Source: Phycisphaeraceae bacterium
GTDB taxonomy: Bacteria; Planctomycetota; Phycisphaerae; Phycisphaerales; UBA1924
DNA length: 64,000 nt
Assembly: GCA_021299385.1 (NCBI GenBank)
Contig: JAJTGZ010000006.1
Location: forward strand, 9,926 to 73,925
Direction: 5' to 3'
The notes beneath the pieces are model-generated. The model searched no databases. It was not told where the DNA came from and worked only from the letters and a program-made list of their open reading frames with translations. Positions within the stretch are counted from its first letter, which is position 1. Every line of letters starts with the position of its first letter. This document shows positions 17,596 through 25,777 of this stretch, one piece after another. The translations under genes and the position numbers were made by a program.

Positions 17596-20500
17596 ATGAG
17601 CCAGACGCCTGATCAACCTGTTGCGGGTACGTTGCCGAGTGATGGGCCTGAGCACAGGTATACGGCTGTGCTTGCCGAGCGGATCGAGGGGCGTTGGCAG
17701 CGGTGGTGGGCCGAGCGGGGGACGTTTGTGCAGCCGAACCCGGGTGAGGTGGGGTTTGACGCCTCGCGCCCGAAGTTTTATTGCCTGGACATGTTCCCGT
17801 ACCCGAGCGGTGCGGGGCTGCACGTTGGGCACCCCGAGGGGTACACGGCGACGGACATTTTGTGCCGGTATAAGCGGGCCAAGGGGTTCAACGTGCTGCA
17901 CCCGATGGGGTGGGACGCGTTTGGGTTGCCGGCGGAGCAATACGCGATCCAGACGGGCGTGCACCCGGCGGTGACGACGAAGGGGGCGATCGAGAACTTT
18001 CGTAGGCAGTTGCAGCGGTTTGGGTTCTGCTATGACTGGAGCCGGGAGGTCGGGACGATTGATCCGGGGTATTACAAGTGGACGCAGTGGGTGTTTATCC
18101 AGTTGTACGAGGCGTGGTTCGACCACGAGCAGCAGAGGGCGCGGCCGATTGCGGAGTTGGTCGAGGAGTTTGCCAGCGGGAAGAGGGAGGTGGAATACAA
18201 CCCGAGGGGGGAGGGGGGGGAGAGTGGTGCCGGGCTGGGGGAGTGGGCGGGTTTGGACAAGCCAACGCAGAGGAAGGTGCTGGCGAGTTATCGCTTGGCG
18301 TACCAGAGCACGACGACGGTGAACTGGTGCCCGAAGCTCGGCACGGTGCTGGCCAACGACGAGGTGATCGACGGCCGGAGCGAGCGCGGCGGGCACCCGG
18401 TGCTGCGCAAGCCGATGCGGCAGTGGATGCTGCGGATTACGGATTACGCAGACCGGTTGCTGGGGCAGTTGGACTCGCTGGCGTGGCCGGAGAGTACGAA
18501 GACGATGCAGCGGGAGTGGATCGGGCGGAGTGAGGGTGCGGAGATTGAGTTTGGGTTGGGTGGGGACGGGGTTTTGGATTTGGGTACCCCCACGCTCCGC
18601 GTGGGGACTCCCGACCCCACGCGGAGCGTGGGGGTACCCGGCCCCACACGGAGTGTGGGGGTACCCATACACGAGGAGGCAGCCGAGGGCCGGGTGGGGA
18701 GACATCCAACGCTGTCAGGATCAGAGATTGACGGGATCGCGGCGCGGCCGGATGAGGCTTCGCACCCGACGGGGTTTGTGGCCTGCGACCCCTACCCGCC
18801 CGGCGGGGTGGGGTTGTCGGGTGATGCGGCGAGGTCGGAGCGGAACTTGCCGCATATTACGATGCCGGGCGCGACGTACTTTGTGTCGTGGCGGTGCCAG
18901 GATGGGTTGGTGCTCAGCGAGCGCGAGAGGGGGGTGGTGCTCGACTCGCTTGTGCACTTTGACGGCGAGCGTGGGAGGGTCTTCGCGGCGGTGGTGATGC
19001 CGGACCATGTGCACTGGATAGTCAGGCCCGGCGAGGGGTTTGAGCTGGGCAAGTTGGTCGAGAGCGTCAAGCACTTTGCCGCCCAGGAGATCAACAAGAT
19101 GCGCGGGAGCAAGGGGCGGCTGTGGGAGCCGGAGGCCCTTGACCACATCGTGCGTGATGAGAACTCGTTTGGGAAGTATGTTGCGTATGTGGTGAGGAAC
19201 CCGGTTGAGGGTGGGTTGGTTGATCGTGCGAGTGATTATGGTGCGCTGTTTGTGCATGCGGATGTGCGCAGCCGGGTGCCCCACGCGGAGCGTGGGGGTA
19301 CCCAAAGGCAGGGTGCCCAAAGGCAGGGTACCCGAAGGTGGGGTACCCAAGGCAGGGGGTTGACTGTTTTTACTACGCGGCCGGATACGTTGTTTGGGGC
19401 GACGTACATGGTTGTGGCCCCCGAGCATGAGCTGGTTGGGCGGGTGTTGGCCGCGCCTGGGCCGAGGACCGATGTCGGCAAGGTCTCGGCGTATGTCCAG
19501 GCCGCTCGGCACAAGAGCGATGTTGATCGGCAGGAGGCCAAGACCAAGACGGGGGTTGATCTGGGTATCGATGCGGTCAACCCGGCGACGGGGGGGGCGA
19601 TACCGGTGTGGGTGGCCGATTATGTGCTGATGGGGTATGGGACGGGGGCGATCATGGCCGTGCCTGGGCATGATGAGCGGGACAATGAGTTTGCGGCGGC
19701 GATGGGGTTGCCGGTGGTGGAGGTTGTGCGGCCACCTGCGGAGTTCAAGGGCAAGCCGGGGGTGTGCTTTAGCGGCTCGGGCACGGCGATCAACTCTTCG
19801 GGGCCTGAGGTCTCGATCGACGGGCTGCCGACGGCCGAGGCGAAGGGGAAGATCATCGCGTGGCTGGAGGGGAGCGGGCGTGGGGTGCGGAAGGTGAACT
19901 ATCGGCTGCGCGACTGGACCTTCAGCCGGCAGCGGTATTGGGGTGAGCCGATCCCGATTGTGTTTGATGAGCACGGGGACCACTACCCGGTGAGCGCATC
20001 GCACTTGCCGGTGGTACTGCCGGAGTTGGAGGATTATGCCCCGGCTGAGAGCGACGATGCGCAGCCGCTGCTCGCTAAGGCGAAGGCGTGGATGAATACA
20101 ACCGCAGGCGCAGCGGGGATTGAAGGGGTTGACCCCGCGCTGGACCACCCCAGCTCGCCGGTTACGCGCGAGGCCAACACCATGCCCGGCAGCGCAGGCT
20201 CGTCTTGGTATTTTCTGCGGTACTGCGACCCGAAGAACACCTCGGCGTTCATCGATCCGAAGATCGATGCGTATTGGATGGGCAATGGTGTTGACTTCTA
20301 CATCGGCGGCAGCGAGCACACGGTGGGGCACCTGCTCTATGCGCGGTTCTGGCAGAATGCGCTGTGCGACCTGGGGCACGTTACGTGCCGGGAGCCGTTT
20401 CGGAGGCTGTTCCATCAGGGGATGATCACGAGCTTTGCGTATCAGCGCGGCGACAAGAGCCTGGTGCCCGTTGATGAGGTGGACGAGGGGCCCGAGGGTG

Positions 20501-21246
20501 TCTTTGTTGAGCGTGCCACGGGCAAGGTGGTCGAGCAGATCGTTGCCAAGATGAGCAAGAGCCTCAAGAACGTCATCAACCCTGATGAGATCATCGCCGG
20601 GTATGGGGCGGACACGTTCCGGCTTTATGAGATGTACATGGGGCCGCTGGAGGCGAGCAAGCCTTGGAACACCAAGGACATCATCGGGCCGTTTCGGTTC
20701 TTGCAGCGGCTGTGGCGGAACGTGATCGATGAGCAGAGCGGGGCGGTGGTGCTGGCAGGCGAGGGGGCGCCGGCAGAGTTGACGCGGCTGGTGCACCGGA
20801 CGATCGCGGGTGTTACGCAGGACATCGAGAATATCTCGCTGCACACGGCGATTGCCAAACTGATCGAGCTGAACAACGCGGTCACCAAGGCCGCCGCGGC
20901 GGGGCCGGTGCCCAAGAGCATCATCGAGCCGATGCTGGTCTTGCTTGCGCCCTTTTGCCCGCACATCTGCGAGGAACTTTGGTCGCGCCTCGGGCACGAG
21001 AAGACCATCGCCGACGCGCCGTGGCCGACGCACGACCCGGCGATGCTGGTGGATGAGACGGTGGAGATTCCGGTGCAGGTGCAGGGGAAACTGCGTGGGA
21101 AGGTGCTGGTGCCGGCGGGGTCGGACGCCAAGACGATCGAGCAGATCGCACTTGCAGACGCCAAGGTGCAAGGGGCGCTAGAGGGCAAGCCGATCAAGCG
21201 GGTGATCGTGGTGCCGGGCAAGCTGGTGAATATTGTTACGGGGTGA
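17596..21246 (+). CDS. leuS: leucyl-tRNA synthetase carrying an in-frame insertion of about 269 aa (RAYT-like domain) before the CP1 editing domain
   Basis: 'PYPSGAGLHVGHPEGY' (HIGH motif), 'VNWCP', 'TTRPDTLFGATYMVVAPEH', 'VNYRLRDWTFSRQRYWGEPIP' and 'KMSKSLKN' are present. It is one uninterrupted ORF of 1216 codons. Confidence 0.9.
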   Translation: MSQTPDQPVAGTLPSDGPEHRYTAVLAERIEGRWQRWWAERGTFVQPNPGEVGFDASRPKFYCLDMFPYPSGAGLHVGHPEGYTATDILCRYKRAKGFNVLHPMGWDAFGLPAEQYAIQTGVHPAVTTKGAIENFRRQLQRFGFCYDWSREVGTIDPGYYKWTQWVFIQLYEAWFDHEQQRARPIAELVEEFASGKREVEYNPRGEGGESGAGLGEWAGLDKPTQRKVLASYRLAYQSTTTVNWCPKLGTVLANDEVIDGRSERGGHPVLRKPMRQWMLRITDYADRLLGQLDSLAWPESTKTMQREWIGRSEGAEIEFGLGGDGVLDLGTPTLRVGTPDPTRSVGVPGPTRSVGVPIHEEAAEGRVGRHPTLSGSEIDGIAARPDEASHPTGFVACDPYPPGGVGLSGDAARSERNLPHITMPGATYFVSWRCQDGLVLSERERGVVLDSLVHFDGERGRVFAAVVMPDHVHWIVRPGEGFELGKLVESVKHFAAQEINKMRGSKGRLWEPEALDHIVRDENSFGKYVAYVVRNPVEGGLVDRASDYGALFVHADVRSRVPHAERGGTQRQGAQRQGTRRWGTQGRGLTVFTTRPDTLFGATYMVVAPEHELVGRVLAAPGPRTDVGKVSAYVQAARHKSDVDRQEAKTKTGVDLGIDAVNPATGGAIPVWVADYVLMGYGTGAIMAVPGHDERDNEFAAAMGLPVVEVVRPPAEFKGKPGVCFSGSGTAINSSGPEVSIDGLPTAEAKGKIIAWLEGSGRGVRKVNYRLRDWTFSRQRYWGEPIPIVFDEHGDHYPVSASHLPVVLPELEDYAPAESDDAQPLLAKAKAWMNTTAGAAGIEGVDPALDHPSSPVTREANTMPGSAGSSWYFLRYCDPKNTSAFIDPKIDAYWMGNGVDFYIGGSEHTVGHLLYARFWQNALCDLGHVTCREPFRRLFHQGMITSFAYQRGDKSLVPVDEVDEGPEGVFVERATGKVVEQIVAKMSKSLKNVINPDEIIAGYGADTFRLYEMYMGPLEASKPWNTKDIIGPFRFLQRLWRNVIDEQSGAVVLAGEGAPAELTRLVHRTIAGVTQDIENISLHTAIAKLIELNNAVTKAAAAGPVPKSIIEPMLVLLAPFCPHICEELWSRLGHEKTIADAPWPTHDPAMLVDETVEIPVQVQGKLRGKVLVPAGSDAKTIEQIALADAKVQGALEGKPIKRVIVVPGKLVNIVTG
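18583..18665. repeat. Three 24-nt REP units (GGTACCCCCACGCTCCGCGTGGGG): forward 18583-18606, reverse 18615-18638, reverse variant 18642-18665
   Basis: Units 1 and 2 are perfect reverse complements. Unit 3 differs at two positions that are compensatory within the hairpin stem (CACGC/GCGTG changed to CACAC/GTGTG). Confidence 0.9.
19279..19302 (-). repeat. 24-nt REP unit (CCCCACGCGGAGCGTGGGGGTACC) at the right flank of the RAYT-like domain
   Basis: Exact reverse complement of the unit at 18583-18606. Confidence 0.9.
19296..19354 (+). repeat. About four tandem 15-nt units GGGTRCCCRAAGGYR
   Basis: GGGTACCCAAAGGCA / GGGTGCCCAAAGGCA / GGGTACCCGAAGGTG / GGGTACCCAAGGCA. Within LeuS this is translated as 'GTQRQGAQRQGTRRWGTQG'. 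Confidence 0.8.
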
Positions 21247-21288
21247 GGGCGTGGGGGTGATTGGTGATCAGTCCTACCCTTGCGGGCC

Positions 21289-22695
21289 ATGATTGACCTG
21301 AAACTGCTGCGAGAGAACCCTGCCCACTTCAAGGAAGGCGCACGCCTGAAGGGCGTGGCGGTGGACATCGAGCACCTGCTGGCGCTAGACGCGCGCCGGC
21401 GTGCGTTGCAAACGAGCCGGCAGGCGTTGGCGGCCGAGCAGGGGCAGCTGGAGAAGGTCGTCGGCCCGCAACTGGGCAAGCTCAGCGGGGAGCTGAAGAA
21501 GGCGGCCGATGAGGGCGCACGGAGGGAGATTGAGGGGCAGATTGCGAGTCTGCGGGGCCAACCTGCCGCGCTCAAGGCGCAGGTTCAGGCGCTCGACGAG
21601 CAGGAGCGTGCGATCGAGCCCGAGTTAACGGCGTTGCTGCTGACGGTGCCGCAACCGCCCGATGCGGATGTGCCCAGGGGCGAAGGCCCGTCGGACAACA
21701 TAGAGGCCAAGCGTTGGGCGCCGGCGGGGTGGGACTGGGGCAAGTCCTTTTCCGAGAACAAGGGGTTCCCGGCACAGAACCACATCGACCTGTGCGCGAG
21801 GCTCGGGCTGGCGGATTTTCCACGCGGGGTGAAGATGTCCGGCACGCGGTCGTACGTGCTGGCCGGGGACGGGATGCTGCTGCACCAGGCGATCCTGCGC
21901 TACGCGCTGGACTTCATGGTCCACCGCAACGGGTTCAAGCCGATGAGCGTGCCGGTGCTGGTGCGTGAGGAGTGCATGGTCGGGACGGGGTTTTTCCCGG
22001 CCGGTCGGGAGCAGGCGTATCAGATTGAAGAGTCCAAGCGTGGTGGTGGCAGTGGTAGCACCGGTGGTAGTGGGCACGACCTGTTTTTGACGGGCACGGG
22101 TGAGGTCGGCTTGATGGGGCTGCACGAGGGGGAGATTCTTGATGAGTCGGTCCTGCCGCTCAAGTATGTTACCGTGAGCACGTGTTTTCGGCGTGAGGCG
22201 GGTGCGGCGGGCAAGGACACGGCGGGTCTGTACCGCGTACACGTCTTTGACAAGGTCGAGCAGGTGATCATCGCCCGCGCCGACGAGGCCGAGAGCCGGG
22301 TGTGGCATAGGGAGATGATCGGCTACGTTGAGGCGCTGCTGCAGAGCCTTGGGCTGCCCTACCGGCTGTTGCAGTGCTGCACGGCTGACCTGGGCGTGAA
22401 GAACGCCGACATGATCGATATCGAGTGCTGGATGCCCGGCCGCGGCGAGTTTGGCGAGACACACTCGGCGTCGCGGTTGTACGACTACCAGTGCCGCCGG
22501 CTGAACATGCGCTACCGCCCGGGGGGCGAGGGTGGCAAGGGGCCCACCGCTATCTGCCACAGCCTGAACAACACCGTCGCGGCCAGCCCGAGGTTGATGA
22601 TCCCGATCCTGGAGATGTACCAGCAGGCGGACGGGACGGTGAAGGTGCCCGAGGTGCTGCGGGCGTATATGGGTGGGAAGGTGCAGATCGGGTGA
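21289..22695 (+). CDS. serS: seryl-tRNA synthetase
   Basis: It has an N-terminal coiled-coil arm ('MIDLKLLRENP'), 'CFRREAGAAGKDTAGLYRVHVFDKVE' (motif 2) and 'GETHSASRLYDYQCRRL'. Confidence 0.9.
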   Translation: MIDLKLLRENPAHFKEGARLKGVAVDIEHLLALDARRRALQTSRQALAAEQGQLEKVVGPQLGKLSGELKKAADEGARREIEGQIASLRGQPAALKAQVQALDEQERAIEPELTALLLTVPQPPDADVPRGEGPSDNIEAKRWAPAGWDWGKSFSENKGFPAQNHIDLCARLGLADFPRGVKMSGTRSYVLAGDGMLLHQAILRYALDFMVHRNGFKPMSVPVLVREECMVGTGFFPAGREQAYQIEESKRGGGSGSTGGSGHDLFLTGTGEVGLMGLHEGEILDESVLPLKYVTVSTCFRREAGAAGKDTAGLYRVHVFDKVEQVIIARADEAESRVWHREMIGYVEALLQSLGLPYRLLQCCTADLGVKNADMIDIECWMPGRGEFGETHSASRLYDYQCRRLNMRYRPGGEGGKGPTAICHSLNNTVAASPRLMIPILEMYQQADGTVKVPEVLRAYMGGKVQIG

Positions 22696-22735
22696 GGAGC
22701 GTCAGCGGCTGGGACGCACGGCTTAGCCGCACACC

Positions 22736-23482
22736 TCAGCGGCGCAGTTGGGTGATGATCCCGGCACGCTGGTCAGCTGGGGCACCAAAGAGTGCCGTCG
22801 CGGCGACGATGACGTTGCAACCGGCTTCTCGGGCCGAGGGGGCGGTGGTGGGGTTGAGGCCGCCGTCCATTTGCAGGTGTTGATGGGCGTTGAGTTTGGG
22901 CTTGATTGCGCGGCATTTGTCGAGCACTTCGGGGATGAAGGCCTGCCCGCTGAAGCCGGGATTGACGCTCATGACCAAGACGAGGTCGACAATGTCGAGG
23001 TGGGGCCAGAGCAGGTCGATCTTGGTCGGCGGGTTGATCGCGACGCCGACGGTCAGGCCGAGGTCGCGGGCCTGTTTGGCGAACTCGGCACCCGCGGCGG
23101 GGGAGAGCACCTCGCAGTGGTACGTTACATGGTTGGCCCCTGCCTTGGCAAAGGGCTGGATGAACCTGGCCGGGTCGGCGACCATGAGGTGCACGTCCAG
23201 GAGTGCGCCGGGGCAGGCGGCGCGGACGCCCTTACAGACATCGGGCCCCATTGTGAGGTTGGGGACAAAGTGCCCGTCCATGACGTCCAGGTGCAGCAGG
23301 TCGGCGCCCGCGGCGAGGATTTGCTGGCAGTCGCGGGCCAGGTGGCCGAAGTCCGCCGAGAGGATCGAGGGGGCGATAAGCGTGCGGGGTAGGTCGGCTC
23401 CCCGAGCCGACAGTCCTCCCTCGGCGTTGGTTGAGTCATTGAACCGCATGGACAGAGGGTAACCCCCCGGCGGCTTGTCCAC
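22736..23482 (-). CDS. rpe: ribulose-phosphate 3-epimerase
   Basis: 'IAPSILSADFGHLA', 'LHLDVMDGHFVPNLTMGP' and 'VMSVNPGFSGQAF' are present. The start is GTG 23482 or ATG 23449. Confidence 0.9.
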   Translation of the reverse strand: MDKPPGGYPLSMRFNDSTNAEGGLSARGADLPRTLIAPSILSADFGHLARDCQQILAAGADLLHLDVMDGHFVPNLTMGPDVCKGVRAACPGALLDVHLMVADPARFIQPFAKAGANHVTYHCEVLSPAAGAEFAKQARDLGLTVGVAINPPTKIDLLWPHLDIVDLVLVMSVNPGFSGQAFIPEVLDKCRAIKPKLNAHQHLQMDGGLNPTTAPSAREAGCNVIVAATALFGAPADQRAGIITQLRR

Positions 23483-23635
23483 GCATCAAGCAGGACCGGC
23501 TATGCTGGCATCCCTCAAAGAGGCCTGCGCGGCGTGTAGCCGTTGTTTTTGGCCGAGCTTTGAGGTTGGGGCAGGCTGGTGGTATGGACCCCAGCGTTGG
23601 CCCTTGGTATGACCTTGGCCCTTTGCGAGCCGCAC

Positions 23636-25243
23636 ATGCAGAGCCTCCTTGACCGCCTGGACCTTTCCCCCTCCCGCACGCACTCGAACCTGGCCCCTGC
23701 CAGGCTGGTAGAAATGGCCGTGGCAAGGGGTGAGGGGGTCCTGGCCAGCAACGGGGGGCTGGTCGCCAAGACCGGCGACCGCACCGGCCGCAGCCCCAAG
23801 GACAAGTACCTCGAGGACACCCCGGGCATCCACGACAAGATCGGGTGGGGTGGGTTCAACACCCCGATAAAGCCGGGGAACTTTGATAAGGTGGTGGGGA
23901 TCGCGATCGACCACCTCAACGCGCAGAAGGACGTGTTTGTGTTTGAGGGGTTTGTGGGAGCCGACCCGAAGCACCGGCTGGGCGCACGCGTGATTGCCGA
24001 GCAGGCGTGGCACAGCCTCTTTATCCGCACGCTTTTTATCCCCCAAGGCTCGCCCGCGGCGGGGACGGACGCGCAGGGCCGGCCGGCAAAGTGGAAGCAC
24101 GACTGGACGATCCTCAACGCCAGCAAACGGCGCTTGACGCCGGCGGAGCAGGCCGAGCTGGGGGTGAAAAGCCCGGTGATCATCGTGCAGAGCCTGGAGC
24201 GCAAGCTGGTGGTGATCGTCGGCAGCGAGTACGCCGGGGAGATGAAAAAGAGCCTGTTTTATGCGATGAACTACGACATGCCCGAGCAAGGGGTCTTCCC
24301 GATGCACTGCTCGTGCAACGTTGCCAAGGACGACCCGAAGAACGTGGCGCTCTTCTTTGGCCTCTCGGGCACGGGCAAGACGACGCTCTCGGCGGACCCT
24401 GCGCGTGCCCTTGTGGGCGACGATGAGCACGGGTGGAGCGACAGGGGTGCCTTCAACTTTGAGGGTGGGTGCTACGCCAAGTGCATCAAGCTCTCAAAGG
24501 AGGGTGAGCCTGAGATTTGGGATGCGATCCGGTTTGGGAGCGTGCTGGAGAACGTGGTGATCGACGGGCAGACGCGCGTGCCGGACTATGACAGTGATGC
24601 GCTGGCGGAGAACAGCCGGGCGACGTACCCGCTGGAGTTTATCGATGGCGCAGTGGTCCCGAGCCTGGCTGGGCACCCGAGGAACGTGGTTTTCCTGACG
24701 GCCGATGCGTACGGCGTGATGCCCCCGATCGCACGTTTGAGCCGGGAGCAGGCGATGTACTACTTCATCAACGGGTACACCAGCAAGTTGGCGGGGACGG
24801 AGTTGGGTGTCAAGGAGCCGCAGCCGAACTTCAGCGCGTGCTTTGGCGGGCCGTTTTTGCCCAGGCCGGCGATGGTCTATGCGCAGATGCTCGCCGACCG
24901 GGTCAAGAAGCACAACGCGGATGTTTGGCTGCTGAACACGGGGTGGACGGGCGGCCCGTATGGCGTGGGGGAGCGATTCAAGTTGGCGTACACGCGTGCG
25001 TTTGTACGGGCGATTTTGGATGGGTCGCTCAAGGGGGTCAAGTGCGAGCCGGACGCGGTCTTCGGGCTGCCGATCCCGGCCGAGGTGCCCGGCGTGCCGT
25101 GGCGGCTGCTCAAGCCGAGGAACGCGTGGGCAAGCGGGGTCGAGTATGACCGGCGTGCCAAGGACCTGGCGGCAAAGTTCCGCGACAACGACAAGAAGTT
25201 TGACATGCCCGAGAACGTCCGCTCGGCTGGGCCGAGGGGGTGA
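23636..25243 (+). CDS. pckA: phosphoenolpyruvate carboxykinase (ATP)
   Basis: 'TGRSPKDKY', 'FFGLSGTGKTTLSADP...LVGDDEHGW' and 'NTGWTGGPYGVG' are present. Start is ATG 23636. Confidence 0.9.
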   Translation: MQSLLDRLDLSPSRTHSNLAPARLVEMAVARGEGVLASNGGLVAKTGDRTGRSPKDKYLEDTPGIHDKIGWGGFNTPIKPGNFDKVVGIAIDHLNAQKDVFVFEGFVGADPKHRLGARVIAEQAWHSLFIRTLFIPQGSPAAGTDAQGRPAKWKHDWTILNASKRRLTPAEQAELGVKSPVIIVQSLERKLVVIVGSEYAGEMKKSLFYAMNYDMPEQGVFPMHCSCNVAKDDPKNVALFFGLSGTGKTTLSADPARALVGDDEHGWSDRGAFNFEGGCYAKCIKLSKEGEPEIWDAIRFGSVLENVVIDGQTRVPDYDSDALAENSRATYPLEFIDGAVVPSLAGHPRNVVFLTADAYGVMPPIARLSREQAMYYFINGYTSKLAGTELGVKEPQPNFSACFGGPFLPRPAMVYAQMLADRVKKHNADVWLLNTGWTGGPYGVGERFKLAYTRAFVRAILDGSLKGVKCEPDAVFGLPIPAEVPGVPWRLLKPRNAWASGVEYDRRAKDLAAKFRDNDKKFDMPENVRSAGPRG

Positions 25244-25259
25244 TTTTCGGAAAAATTCG

Positions 25260-25297
25260 CCCTACGACTTGACATATGTCAAGTCGTAGGGTATGTT
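25260..25297 (+). promoter_or_regulatory. Perfect 32-bp palindrome overlapping a sigma70-like promoter (putative autoregulatory operator of the TA module)
   Basis: CCCTACGACTTGACAT|ATGTCAAGTCGTAGGG spans 25260-25291. TTGACA is at 25269-25274, followed by a 17-nt spacer and TATGTT at 25292-25297. It lies about 90 nt upstream of ATG 25384. Confidence 0.55.
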
Positions 25298-25383
25298 ACT
25301 CCGATGGAGTACCTGTCGGCTGAATCTGTGTTGTTGATGTACCATCCGACGCAAGGAAGCTGTCATGGTTAGCCTAGCCCTGA

Positions 25384-25776
25384 ATGGCCAAACTTTATCC
25401 TGATAACAGCACGTATCAGGTGATTGCAAGGATTCTTAAGGAAGCCTGTGCTGGTCTACAGCCTGACCCGGTTCTGATGAAGCGTGTCGCGTTGGACAAG
25501 ATGGTGAAGTTCTGGGGCAATCTGACCTTTAAAGGCTTGCTGGCGATACTGAACGAGCACGTAGTGACTAGAAATCCGATCAGCCAGGTGAAAGAGACAC
25601 GCGAGGAGTACTGCAGGGAGCATGAGTTTCACTACGACTTTGTCGTCCCAGCACCGGCCGGGTCGAAATATCCGAAGATCTATGTCGAGGCGAGACTCGA
25701 CGACGGGGCTCGCGATCAGGACAGTTGGCGTTTGATAATCTTGAGCATTCATCCTCCTAACCGATCGAATCCCTGA
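25384..25776 (+). CDS. putative toxin (MqsR-like by context and C-terminal pattern)
   Basis: 130-aa ORF in a lower-GC islet, ending 1 nt before the start of the MqsA-like gene. 'YPKIYVEARL...WRLIILSIH' loosely recalls the MqsR C-terminal strands. The family assignment is tentative. Confidence 0.45.
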   Translation: MAKLYPDNSTYQVIARILKEACAGLQPDPVLMKRVALDKMVKFWGNLTFKGLLAILNEHVVTRNPISQVKETREEYCREHEFHYDFVVPAPAGSKYPKIYVEARLDDGARDQDSWRLIILSIHPPNRSNP

Positions 25777-25777
25777 T

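Larger units (their letters stand above)
18583..19354 (+). mobile_element. REP-flanked RAYT (REP-associated tyrosine transposase, IS200/IS605-like Y1/HUH) element embedded in-frame in leuS
   Basis: The RAYT-like core is at nt 18841-19257: 'LPHITMPGATYFVSWR', HUH 'HVH' at 19006-19014, and 'YVAYVVRNPVEGGLV' with Tyr at 19186-19188. It is bracketed by 24-nt palindromic units at 18583-18665 and 19279-19302. Confidence 0.75.

Noticed and set aside
16912-18705. 597-aa minus-strand ORF containing def
   Set aside because: Only the last 189 codons (from ATG 17481) resemble peptide deformylase. The rest is antisense to leuS and is Pro/Arg-rich.
18553-19359. Intein as the explanation for the LeuS (and DnaE) insertions
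   Set aside because: There is no Cys/Ser/Thr at a plausible N-extein junction with block A, no terminal His-Asn followed by Cys/Ser/Thr, and no LAGLIDADG or HNH homing endonuclease motifs. The insert instead matches an HUH/Y1 transposase and is flanked by DNA palindromes.
18721-21171. 816-aa ORF on the minus strand, plus many similar long ORFs (e.g. 1947-2807 -, 8850-9557 -, 16064-17155 +, 21625-22560 -, 31969-33567 -, 50787-52091 +, 52468-53982 -, 59815-61605 +)
   Set aside because: They lie antisense to or overlap genes with unmistakable conserved motifs (leuS, ftsK, dnaE, lpdA and others). Their translations are Arg/Pro/Gly/His-rich low-complexity sequence, as expected from stop-poor frames in GC-rich DNA.
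21980-22080. Gly/Ser-rich insertion in SerS ('ESKRGGGSGSTGGSGH') as a mobile-element scar
   Set aside because: It is short low-complexity sequence in a loop known to be variable, with no flanking repeats or REP units. It is most simply a lineage-specific linker.
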